A stretch of 63,812 bases of DNA, the filler included, from Octopus bimaculoides (Eukaryota), in the NCBI RefSeq assembly GCF_001194135.2. It is 7 parts of 6 records of this genome, joined end to end, with 100 filler letters (N's around TTAATTAATTAA, not from the genome) between each part and the next. Parts side by side here need not be neighbours in the genome. Positions count along the whole stretch, not along the records: positions 37,676 to 55,769 come from NC_069000.1; positions 55,870 to 58,569 come from NC_069006.1; positions 58,670 to 63,812 come from NW_026427204.1; 4 more parts are not named here. One strand, given 5' to 3'. The position numbers and the translations under genes were made by a program. Under the pieces are notes generated by a model that worked only from the letters and a program-made list of their open reading frames with translations, did not search any database and had not been told where the DNA came from. This document shows, piece by piece, positions 52,046 to 63,812 of this stretch. Within the stretch, counting starts at the first letter, position 1. Each line of letters starts with the position of its first letter.

Positions 52046-53144
52046 CCTCTTACCACACTGCCATGATCTTTTTTTTCTTTTGTTTTAGTTTTGTTTTTTT
52101 GAAGTCAGTACGGTATGATCGTATTTTGGGGGATATGTTTATCTGCTCCGTCTAGTAGCAGGTCCTGCGATTCCCTAGAGAATTAATCCCTGGTTGTGTA
52201 ATATATATTTGTACTATATTCTGATTACTTACCATTCCAACCTGCAGACAGAGTGTACGAGGACTGTGCAAAGAAAAAAGAAAGAAACGAAACGAAAAGA
52301 AAAAAAGAACGATGAAAACGAACGAAATATTCGTCTGTCGGGGTTGATGATGATGATGATGATGATGAAGTGATGAAGAGAACCAAGTTTACCAAAACAA
52401 TGACCTCTCCTAACATACTAACAGCGATAATGTTCTGAATCTAATATCTTTTAGGGAGTTTATAAGACATGGAATGAATTCCTTGGGGGAAATATACGGA
52501 AAGAGAGCAAACGCGAGCGAGCGAAAGACAGAAGGGCAACGAGAAAGAAAGAAAGAGGAAAAAAAAAACGCAGAGGGAGATCTGAGAGAGAAAGAAGCGA
52601 ACGGGTGAAAGAGTATTTGATAAAGAAGCGTGAGATGTAAGGGGGGGGGAAGGGTTTTTTTATTTTGATAGGAGCTTGAGATTTACACACGACGAATAAA
52701 TATTCTCTTCTATATATCTTCGTAATTAACGGTTTTGACAGAAATCTCTGTAACAGATCCCTGTTCGTGAAAAGAAAGTCTCTAAGTACAAAATTTACTT
52801 ACTGTTCTCCCTTAAAATTTAAAACTGACGTACACACATCGAGCGGGAGTTGCTTGATAGTGTGTGATAGTGTGNNNNNNNNNNNNNNNNNNNNNNNNNN
52901 NNNNNNNNNNNNNNNNNNNNNNNNNNNNNNNNNNNNNNNNNNNNNNNNNNNNNNNNNNNNNNNNNNNNNNNNNNNNNNNNNNNNNNNNNNNNNNNNNNNN
53001 NNNNNNNNNNNNNNNNNNNNNNNNNNNNNNNNNNNNNNNNNNNNNNNNNNNNNNNNNNNNNNNNNNNNNNNNNNNNNNNNNNNNNNNNNNNNNNNNNNNN
53101 NNNNNNNNNNNNNNNNNNNNNNNNNNNNNNNNNNNNNNNNNNNN

Positions 53145-53967
53145 ATGCAAGCAAAGTAGTAAATTAGAGATCCACGGTAGTATTTAAAGGGCACATGAGA
53201 AAAAAAACTTGCTTTAGGTGTATCTATTGCGAGAAACAACTAGCTTTATCAAATGTAGGCGTGGCTGTGTGTGTGTCTCTCTCTCTCTATATATATATAT
53301 ACATATATATATATCCATATGTGTGTGTGCGTATAAACAAATATAAATGCACACGCACACACATATTTACACGCATATATTCATATGCATGTGCGTATCT
53401 GTGTGTGTGTGTGTATATATACATATATATATATATAAATATATAGACACACACACACACACACACACATTTACGTGCATAAAGATACACACATAGATAC
53501 AAATTCATAGATACATTTATAAATACACACATATACATATATATCTAGCATATATATTTATAAAAATACACCCACATAATCTCAGTACAGACATATATCT
53601 TTATGTAAACATATCTATATTCAGGCTATCAATATTATATATTGATAGCTATTTGATACATATATCGTACTATTATAACAACTGATTACTTACCTTGACA
53701 ATAATCAAGATCTTTGAAAAGGTTTATAAATGATTAAATCTAAATGAGTATACAACTGGAAGATATTTCATCACTAACCCCAGAGAAATGTTTGTCTAAG
53801 GCAGTAGTTCTCAANNNNNNNNNNAGGTTTTCGGTAGTCTATGCAAGCAAAGTAGTAAATTAGAGATCCACGGTAGTATTTAAAGGGCACATGAGAAAAA
53901 AAACTTGCTTTAGGTGTATCTATTGCGAGAAACAACTAGCTTTATCAAATGTAGGCGTGGCTGTGTG
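53145..53967 (+). repeat. Exact 127-bp direct duplication (53145-53271 and 53841-53967), both copies near gap edges
   Basis: ATGCAAGCAAAGTAGT...GTAGGCGTGGCTGTGTG is identical in both copies. Confidence 0.85.
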
Positions 53968-54869
53968 GTAAGAAGCTTGCTCCCCAACCACATGGTCTTA
54001 GGTTCAATCCCACTACGTATCTGCTTCATAGTCAGGTGGTCAGCGACTACAATAACTTCCTTAATTGTTTAGCTCGCTACTCTTGTGATGAATATGTCTG
54101 GACAACCCAGCAAGATTAAAAGCAAGATCTGTCGAAGGACGAATGAGCTGCTTGTAGGCCAATGGCCATCCGGATGGTGAAGGCAAAGGCAAGCTACCCA
54201 AACATTTCCACCAAGAAAAACATACAGACAGACATACAGAAAGACAAACAGGTACACAGACAAACAGACAGATAGTTATATATATATATATATATATATA
54301 TATAGATAGATAGATAGATGGATAGACAGATATAGTATCAGCTCAGGCACACACACNNNNNNNNNNNNNNNNNNNNNNNNNNNNNNNNNNNNNNNNNNNN
54401 NNNNNNNNNNNNNNNNNNNNNNNNNNNNNNNNNNNNNNNNNNNNNNNNNNNNNNNNNNNNNNNNNNNNNNNNNNNNNNNNNNNNNNNNNNNNNNNNNNNN
54501 NNNNNNNNNNNNNNNNNNNNNNNNNNNNNNNNNNNNNNNNNNNNNNNNNNNNNNNNNNNNNNNNNNNNNNNNNNNNNNNNNNNNNNNNNNNNNNNNNNNN
54601 NNNNNNNNNNNNNNNNNNNNNNNNNNNNNNNNNNNNNNNNNNNNNNNNNNNNNNNNNNNNNNNNNNNNNNNNNNNNNNNNNNNNNNNNNNNNNNNNNNNN
54701 NNNNNNNNNNNNNNNNNNNNNNNNNNNNNAGCGAGCACTTGAGCTGCACTGTAGCTGCAGTCTTTTACTGTTTGTTTATTATTGCAATCAGTCATGTTTG
54801 CTCTTGAAAACAACATTCTCACCATCAGCTGGTTTCTTTGGCTATCGTCGGTCGTCAAGTGATATCAAT

Positions 54870-55463
54870 ACAGACGATGACGACGACGATGACGACGATG
54901 ATGATGATGATGATGATGATGGTGGTGATGATGGTGGTGATGGTGGTGATGATGATGATGATGATGATGAGGATGATGAGGATGATGATGATGATGATGA
55001 TGATGATGGTGGTGATGGTGGTGGTGGTGATGATGATGATGATGATGATGATGATGAGGATGATGATGATGACAACGACGTCGTCGATTGATGATGACGG
55101 CGATGATGATAATGGTGATGGTGTTGTTTTTGTTGTTGTTGCTGTTGTTATTGGTGATGGTGATGCTGACGTTGGTGATGATAATGATAATGATAGTGAT
55201 GGTGATGATGATGATGATAATGACGATGACAACGATGATTATGACATTGATGATGATGAGGATGATAATGATGATGATGATGTTGATAATGGTGGTGGTG
55301 TGGTGGTGGTGGAGACGGTGATGATGATGATGATGATGATGATGGTGACGTTCATGTCATGTCGATGATGATTTAGAGTGATGATTTAGAACGTCGACGA
55401 CGACGACCATAATCATAACCACCACCACTACTACTACTACTTCTACTACTACTACTACTACTT

Positions 55464-55496
<33 letters not shown>

Positions 55497-55690
55497 TCGC
55501 AGTAATAACAATTACACTATCAATAACAACCAGCGTTACGGTAATGATGACTAACAAATTACTGGCAACAACAATGGCAACAACAATAAACAAGTTCAAC
55601 AAAAACAACAACAACAACAACAACAATAATAATAATAATAATAATAATAATAACCACAACAACAATAACAACAATAGTAGCAGCAAAAAT
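54870..55690. repeat. Compound (GAT/GGT)n, (ACT)n, (AAC/AAT)n microsatellite field
   Basis: Directly visible. Confidence 0.9.
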
Positions 55691-55900
55691 ATACAAGAAC
55701 CTATAAAATTGATAATGCTTAAACGACACGGGAGCTACTAATATGGGCCTTGTTTGCACAAAAATATAANNNNNNNNNNNNNNNNNNNNNNNNNNNNNNN
55801 NNNNNNNNNNNNNTTAATTAATTAANNNNNNNNNNNNNNNNNNNNNNNNNNNNNNNNNNNNNNNNNNNNACACACACACACACATACATATGCATACATA

Positions 55901-56025
55901 CGGCGGGTTTCTTTTCAGTTTCCGTCTACCAAATCCACTCACAAGGCTTTGGTCGGCCCGAGGCTATGGTACAAGACACTCGCCCAAGGTGTCACGCAGT
56001 GGGACTGAACCCGGTACCATGTGGT
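55901..56025 (-). mobile_element. SINE family A head
   Basis: TTTCAGTTTCCGTCTACCAAATCCACTCACAAGGCTTTGGTCGGCCCGAGGCT..GTGGGACTGAACCC. Confidence 0.8.
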
Positions 56026-56418
56026 TGTAGGGATCAACGGCTTATCAGCATATGCACAAACACATGGATGTGGTGTTCGTTGTTGTTATTGTCTGTTCTG
56101 ACTATTATTGTTAATGTTTCTACTTTTCGTTCTGTTTTTACAATTCTTACGTCATTTCCTAAGTGAAACCATCTTTACATTCACCGTCTGCAACCATTTC
56201 ATAATACACACACACACACATATACATACATACATATATACATACATAAATGTGTGGGTGGGTGTGCTTGTGTATGTATGAATGTATGTATGTATGTATG
56301 TTTATTCCATAATTCATTATTTATTAACTCAGATTTGTAATTTTCATGTTCTTGTGTATATCATTCGGTCTGTCGGTTGATTTTTCTCTTTATACGCATG
56401 CACGCACACACGCGCACG

Positions 56419-56454
<36 letters not shown>

Positions 56455-57484
56455 TACACACAAACTGTGTTTTGTCTGTTTCTGACAAGACTTTTGTAAT
56501 GGCGCCTCTCGTCTATATTACTGTATCTTTACAGAGCAGTCATCTTACTAGCATATATTTAACCGGCGTGTGTTAGTGAAATATGTATGTGACATGATGG
56601 CTGCGTGTTACATGTGTTTCATTTATATTCACATAGAGAAGCCTGTGTTTAGATTTCCATATACGTGCATATATGTATGCGTGTGTATGTATACATATGT
56701 ATTACAACACCTAGCAGTTATTTTAATATGAACATACGTATATTCTTTCTACGCCTTTTACTACCCAGAAAGTAGAGTCTACTGACGGACTGTTTCACTA
56801 TTTTTGAACGATCCTCAAGGAAGACCCACTCAGTTTCCTTCCTTGTCTAGGAAGGCTAATCTCTCTCTTAGAAGTCTAATCTCTCTCTTTCTGTCTGATT
56901 AATGTACGGACTAATCAATTAGTGAATTATCTCAGATTTACAGTTTGTACGGATCGCACTATCGCCCGGTGTATTCACCTTGTATAGATTGCAACACTTC
57001 TCACTGGATATTCTGTTAGCCAATTTTATTTTTCGCATGGAGCGCTGACTGATGTATTCATTTGGATTTCCCAATCCCTATTATACCTCACTCTATGCAT
57101 GTGTGTGTAAATGCAGTGAAAGCAAGCAAAAGTGGCCAATAGTCTTAAATTAGACCCTTCGGGGAGCTTATGCTGTACTGAATGACATAAGCATTAACGA
57201 AAAAGAATAAATTTGTATTCGGTTATGATTCAAGTTAAAAATAAAAAAAAAATTTATATTGATGGTAGCAACTGCAGGTGACTGTCAAAGAAAGGCGAAG
57301 ATAATTTCAAGAAATTACGTATTAATTTCACCGTAATAAAAAAAAGAAAGAAACAGGCTTTGGGGGGAAAATGTGATCAAGTAAGGTGACAGCTAGGGAC
57401 ATGTTCAGGTTTTATTTCACCTCATTAGCAAAACAAAATTATGCTTCAGGAGACTGATCAGTCTTACAAATAAAAACGTGTGTT

Positions 57485-57525
<41 letters not shown>

Positions 57526-58088
57526 GCGTGTGTGTGTATAGTTTATATTTGTACGTGTATATATATATATATATANNNNNNNNNNNNNNNNNNNNNNNNN
57601 NNNNNNNNNNNNNNNNNNNNNNNNNNNNNNNNNNNNNNNNNNNNNNNNNNNNNNNNNNNNNNNNNNNNNNNNNNNNNNNNNNNNNNNNNNNNNNNNNNNN
57701 NNNNNNNNNNNNNNNNNNNNNNNNNNNNNNNNNNNNNNNNNNNNNNNNNNNNNNNNNNNNNNNNNNNNNNNNNNNNNNNNNNNNNNNNNNNNNNNNNNNN
57801 NNNNNNNNNNNNNNNNNNNNNNNNNNNNNNNNNNNNNNNNNNNNNNNNNNNNNNNNNNNNNNNNNNNNNNNNNNNNNNNNNNNNNNNNNNNNNNNNNNNN
57901 NNNNNNNNNNNNNNNNNNNNNNNNNNNNNNNNNNNNNNNNNNNNNNNNNNNNNNNNNNNNNNNNNNNNNNNNNNNNNNNNNNTTCATTAATTTTTTGCCA
58001 TTCATTAAGTTTATCCGTCTCAATTCACTCGAATACCGCGTTTTCATTTCATCTATTTTCTTTTTTACTTACTTACTTATCTCTCTGT

Positions 58089-58142
<54 letters not shown>

Positions 58143-58420
58143 ACACTCTCTCTCTCTCTCTCTCCATCCATCCTCTTATCATCCCATCTATCTGTCAACT
58201 CTTTCGTCCACCTATATAGCCATTTGCTTATCCCTCTAACTTTTTGTCTACCCATTTATCCATCTACTGTCTACCTTACTTACCCGTCTGTCTCTCTGTC
58301 TGTCTGTCTATCTTTGTGGCTGTCTATTTATCTGCCTATCTCCCTTGTTATCTATCTATCTATCTGTCTGTTTGTCTGTCTGTCTGTCTGTTTAACTATC
58401 TTTCTGTCTGTCTATCTTTG

Positions 58421-58569
58421 TCTATCTTTGTGTCGGTCTATCTTTGTGTCGGTCTATCTTTGTATCGGTCTATCTTTGTGTCGGTCTATCTTTGTGTCGG
58501 TCTATCTTTGTGTCGGTCTATCTTTGTGTCGGTCTATCTTTGTGTCGGTCTATCTTTGTGTCGGTCTAT
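58421..58569. repeat. 16-bp minisatellite (TCTATCTTTGTGTCGG)n, at least 9 copies, runs into gap
   Basis: Units every 16 bp from 58421, with one variant unit (TGTATCGG). Confidence 0.9.
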
Positions 58570-60484
58570 NNNNNNNNNNNNNNNNNNNNNNNNNNNNNNN
58601 NNNNNNNNNNNNNTTAATTAATTAANNNNNNNNNNNNNNNNNNNNNNNNNNNNNNNNNNNNNNNNNNNNACACGCACACGCACACACAGCAGTGATAATT
58701 GCTAAAAAGCGTCAAATATATTTTGAGTTCTGCGTTTGTAAACCTTTCATCAGTTAAACGTAACTAATCACTTTATTCTTCGGTAAATTCCTACACTATG
58801 GCTATCATATTAACGTCAAATGGTTAGCTAGCTTCTACAACGAGAAGACGTTTTTTATTTTTAGTTTCCATCAGCATTCTCGTGATATGCCAGTCTCGAA
58901 ATTCTTCGTCTTTAATTATTATTGTTATCTTTTTGCTCCGTATTTTATTTTAAAAATTATCCGACAATAGCACGAAACTTCGTAATGGAGAAACATCTCG
59001 AGAACTTTACTTTGCAATTGCTAAGGTTAAGCTAAATGTTTTAAGGTTTAAGTTTCGTATTACCTACATTTCTAACCGGTATTTATTACCATCTCATGCT
59101 TTTCTCATGTGCAAAGTATATTTATGGAGGTTTTGTTTTCATTCATGGATTCCGTGGATATAATAATCCTAAGCCTTGTCAGGCTACTTATAATAGAAGG
59201 TTATCTCCCCTTCAGGATTTGCTGCAGGCCTCTTGGTCGGTTTCTCTGTATTTTCTCCTAAATAACTTTAGATTAAGTATACATATATATATACTAACAA
59301 CTGATTTCTATAACACTGCGTGTCTTTTATTTCCTGTCAGAGAGCAATTACAATTTTACAGAGATTGATGAAAGTTTTATAAATATTTTACACTGATATG
59401 CCTTATTTTGAAAGGTGCGAATGAATTCTGTTTCTCTTGTAAATCGCCAGTCAAACAAAATGCTGTACTATATTTATTTATTCATGCTTGTACGTATATA
59501 TGTGTGTGTTTATGTACGAATGTGTGTATATATGTGTATATGTATGTACGTATGAATGTAGGTGAATCTGTGTGTATGTACGTGTGCATGTATGAATGTA
59601 TGTACATATGTGTATATGTATGAATGTAGGTGAATCTGTGTATATATACGTGTGGATATATGAATGTATGTATATATGTGTGGATGTATGAATGTATGTA
59701 TGAATTTATGTATGAATGAATGCGTATGTGTGGATGTTGGGATATATTTATATACGCGTGTACGTACGTTCGTACGCATGTATGAATGAACGAACGTTTC
59801 AATAATATTTTCCGTCCCAAGGTGAGTTGGAGGGAAGGAAGTAGGAGGAGGAAGTGAAGAATAAGAAATAATTGTTGAAATAGGAATGCTTACATTTTCC
59901 TATTTCCCTTCTACTTCCCACTACTATTCACACTTGAAAATTTAGAAGATTTTTATCGTCTGTTTCTTCCACAATACGTCATTCAAACCATTCTTTAATA
60001 CACTATGACTTTTTTCCGCTTATTCACTCTCATTCAGGTTTTTGTTTCAAACAAGTCGGTATATATAATTGATTAGCCAACAGCATTTGAGATAAAACTA
60101 AAATCGCTCTTTGCATACTGCAGTTTCAATTTCCTTGTATAGTCATATGTGTATCCATGTAATACATCATAATAAAGAGGAGTTGATTGCGAACAAGAAA
60201 CAAAGCTCCAACGTTGGAAATTAGGCAGCATCAGGTGTGTTGAATAACATGCTAAATTAGCAACATTCCTGCAATTTTCATCGTTTCGCTTTAGACTGAA
60301 TTAGTTATGTGGTTGTGTGCCATTCTTCTTCAAGTACCACATCACTTCAAAATCATTGTTTGGCCGCGTTAATTCCGTATTTTTTGGCATGGAAAAATGG
60401 AAGACAAACTATTTCTGTATAGAAAAATAATAACGATAATGATTTAACAAAAACATCACAAAACAAAACAAAAACTTTATAGGA

Positions 60485-60649
60485 TAGGCGCAGGCGTGGA
60501 TGTGTGATAACAAGTTTGCTTCCCAACCACATGGTTCTGGGCTCAATTCCACTGCATGGCACCTTGGACAAGTGTCTTCTTCTATAGCCTCGGATCGACC
60601 AAAGCCTTGTGAAGCAGATTTGGTAGGCGGAAACTGAAAGAAAATCCGT

Positions 60650-60652
<3 letters not shown>
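60485..60652 (+). mobile_element. SINE family A head followed by (TA)n
   Basis: TAGGCGCAGGCGTGGATGTGTG..CACCTTGGACAAGTGTCTTCT..GGAAACTGAAAGAA. Confidence 0.8.
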
Positions 60653-60698
<46 letters not shown>

Positions 60699-61100
60699 TA
60701 GTTTTAGGGAAAATAACCAATTTTCAAGAACTCATCGATGAAAATCCACTATCACATATAGAAAAATTAATAATTAAAAGCACAATAAATGAGTATAATA
60801 TAAAGTAAAGTAAATATCATAAGATAAATATAATATAATATAATATAATATAATATAATATAATATACATATATATATATATATATATAAACAAATAGTA
60901 AATGAGTATATGCATATATACGTACAGGTATGTGCATACCGACATCCACCTGTATGTATAGGTGCATATCTGGGTACAGGACATTGCAAACAAAACGTAG
61001 ACGAGAAAACACACAAGCCACATAGAGAACATTCTACTTCATCAGCTACCCACGTTTTAACACCGGCGTTTCGAAATATATGAGAGAGAAAGAGAGAGGA

Positions 61101-61176
61101 GGCGCAAAAGCCCAGTGGTTAGGGCAGCAGACTTGCGGTCTCGATTCCTAGACCGGGTGTTGTGAGTGTTTATTAA
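61101..61176 (+). mobile_element. SINE family C tRNA-like head
   Basis: GGCGCAAAAGCCCAGTGGTTAGGGCAGCAGAC..TCGATTCCTAGACCGGGTGTTGTGAGTGTTTATT. Confidence 0.7.
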
Positions 61177-62319
61177 AGGTGGATGAAATGTCGAAATATC
61201 AAGCATTCCACGTGTCTTCTACGGTTCTAGTTTAGAATTGCAGGACAAAGTGAAGAGCAGTAAAACCACCGAGGTAGGTGACCATTGTGCGACGATTTCG
61301 CTCAGCGACGAGCATCAGCTCTCCGTTGGTTTGACCGCTGATTTTTTTTTTCCAGTTAACTGACATTTAGCGTTTGTCTGCCGGGCTTTGTCTAATCGTG
61401 TGGACGTGACTTTGGTGACTATGAAAAAAGTTCTTTTTCTAAGAATTACATTTCCAAAACCGAAGTGCATCTCCACGACGCAGCGTTTACCAAGCCCCAA
61501 AATATGGTACTTAGAAACATAAATACATACGGCAATAATTACAGATATAAATGAATAATTCTTCACTTTTTGAAGCAGTTTTACTCGAATGCTATCTCTT
61601 ACACGGTGATTTTGAAAGACGTCCATATTTTCTGGGCTGCTGCCACAACAGTACATAACTTCAACTTGTTAAATTTGCATTTGGCGAATATTTCGATAGG
61701 TGATATGCCATCAGTATTCGCTATGTACTCAGATTTAGGTATGTACTCAACATAGTGTATGTTGGTTACTAGCCAGGAAAGTCCTCCTACAAGATGGCGT
61801 TGTATATTGTTTCAACAATCTCATACTACATGAGAAAATAATACCATGACATTTTGTGGCAGCTGTTGATTATTTATTTAATGTCTTAAGAAATGCAACA
61901 ATCGATATTATGAGACATATCTTAGCTATTAACGGTTTCAAAATCTCATTTGTTCGTCAGATATTTTGTAGTTGACTATTGTTCTTGGATTACAGGGTCA
62001 TAACCTTTGCAGTACATGACGTGGCGGTCACAAGTCCAAAAAATGCTAACATTGTTCTTCATTTTATGTGAAAGATACTCATATATAACATTCCATTGGC
62101 ATCCAGAATATTTGTGTAACAAGTCTTTACTGAGTCAAATCTATCCTCCACTTTTGAGATCTTATCAACAATGTTCCGTCTAATTTCTTCCGTGGTCTGA
62201 TTGGAACCAACCGTTACAGTGAAAATGTACATAAGCGTTTTCATTTACGGATGGGGACTTATTTTATTTCATTTATATTTTTTGTGTGTGTTACGTGAAA
62301 TCCTTTCTCCTTTAGGTAC

Positions 62320-63445
62320 AAGGATAGAAGATTTTGTGGAGGGTATTGCCGATTACCTCGACCCCAGTACTCAATTGGTACTTATCTCGATTCCTAAAGG
62401 ATGACAAAATTTGAACTCGGAACGTAAATAGACGGAAAAAATGGCGCTAAGAATTTTGTCTGGTGAGCTAACGATTCTGTCAGCTCACTGACTTTGAGAA
62501 TGAATGACAATTTTGATCTTGGACTCAGAACGCAAAGAACCAGAAGGAATTTCTTCCGATGCTCTAATGATTCTGCAAATCCACCGCCTGAAATCTATAA
62601 TGCCAGATATAGTGTATTGATTTATTTTTTATTATCTAATCCTGTATTAAGGTAGCGAACTGGTAGAATCGTTAGCGCATCGGTCAAAATGCTGAGCGGC
62701 GTTGCGTCCGTCTCACTGAGTTAAAATTCCGCCGCGGTCGACTTAGCATTTCATCCTTTTGAAGTTAATAATACCAGCCAAACGCTGCGCCGATATAATC
62801 GACTTGCTCCCACCCCTAAAATTTCAGGCCTTGTACATAAATAGGAAGAATTAATTAATCCAGCATTAAGGTGGGGAGTTAGCTGAATCTTTTTCGAGTT
62901 GGATAAAATGCTTAACAACGTTTCTTCTGGCATTACATTCTTCATTTCAAATGTCACTGTGGTCGACTTTGCCTTTCATCCTTTCAGGATCGATAAAATA
63001 AAGTACTAGTTGAGCACTGGCGATAGATGATATTGGCTTACTTCTTCCTCTTTACTGGCATTATGCAAAAAATTTGAAACCAATATTCAAGGTGTGAGCT
63101 ATCAGAATCTTTTGTCCGTCGAAGAAGACTGCGGTATTTATTTCCAGGTCTTTGCGTTCTTAATTCAAATACCACCGGATCCAACTCGCCCGTCAGAGTC
63201 CATAAAATAAAGACCAATCAAGTTCTGAACCGATAGTATGGACTAAACCCGGCTTCTCAAATGTGCGGCCCCTGTGCCTATATTAGATGAAGTTTGGCAG
63301 AATCGTTACAGAGTTTGACAAAATGATTAGCGACTTTACTTCCTGATCTTTATACTCCGAGTTCAGGTCCTGCCAAGGTTAACTTTGCCTTTCATCCTTT
63401 CGGTATCAATGCTACAAAGTACCAATTAAGTACTAGAGTCGACCC
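62320..63445. mobile_element. Cluster of about 6 SINE family B copies (two minus, then four plus)
   Basis: Minus copies at about 62320-62490 and 62500-62590. Plus copies at about 62650-62850, 62955-63080, 63085-63240 and 63290-63445. All carry remnants of GCAGAATCGTTA and TTCAAATTCCGCC..GTCGACTTTGCC. Confidence 0.75.
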
Positions 63446-63812
63446 TACCTGCGCAAAACAATTGCTTAATTCTGCATTTACTATTGTTCTATAAATTACA
63501 ACCATATTTGGCTGCAATGATTGGTTGACTATTTTTGTATTGTACTTAACCTAAAATACTTCTAACAATAAAAACACTTTTACTAAAATTAATTAATTTG
63601 GTTCTATGTTTAGAAAAGTTTAAGATGTAATTAAAAACCAGTAAGCATGCCTAATTAGTTAAGAACGCCGCTTCGCAACCGCGTGATTTCGGGTTCAGTT
63701 CCTCTAATGGTAACTTGAGCATGCGCATGTGTTTTTCATGCTCAGTTATAGTAAAAACAATTTGACACTATTCTGAAAGAAGCCCGTCATGTATATATAT
63801 ATGTATATATAT

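Noticed and set aside
59096-59368. 90-aa ORF (GGFVFIHGFRGYNNPKPCQ..)
   Set aside because: No recognisable domain, weak splice signals, and a length compatible with chance.

Overview
This is an AT-rich, microsatellite-dense eukaryotic draft scaffold, roughly 10% N gaps. It is most likely from an octopus (coleoid cephalopod), inferred from the tRNA-SINE families and the repeat landscape. Almost all ORFs in the track are artefacts of simple repeats or N runs. I can support one genuine host coding feature: a 3'-terminal exon (24216-25063, +) encoding a disordered tail of about 281 aa with NPxY, YEEP and C-terminal PDZ-ligand-like motifs. No other exon of that gene is recognisable in the window. 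The rest is intronic or intergenic and filled with decayed retroelements (RTE, R4/Dong, Tx1/L1, CR1-group, Penelope), four tRNA-SINE families, and mariner, hAT and piggyBac-type MITEs. The observations most worth following up are two minimal type-I hammerhead ribozyme folds with non-canonical cores (37216-37258 and 49405-49441), a pre-miRNA-like hairpin in the last intron of the gene (23389-23441), retroelements whose ends sit in microsatellites, a strong CTCF-like site, a TGTTTRATG motif cluster and two unexplained unique islands. All family assignments come from motif recognition by eye, not from database searches.
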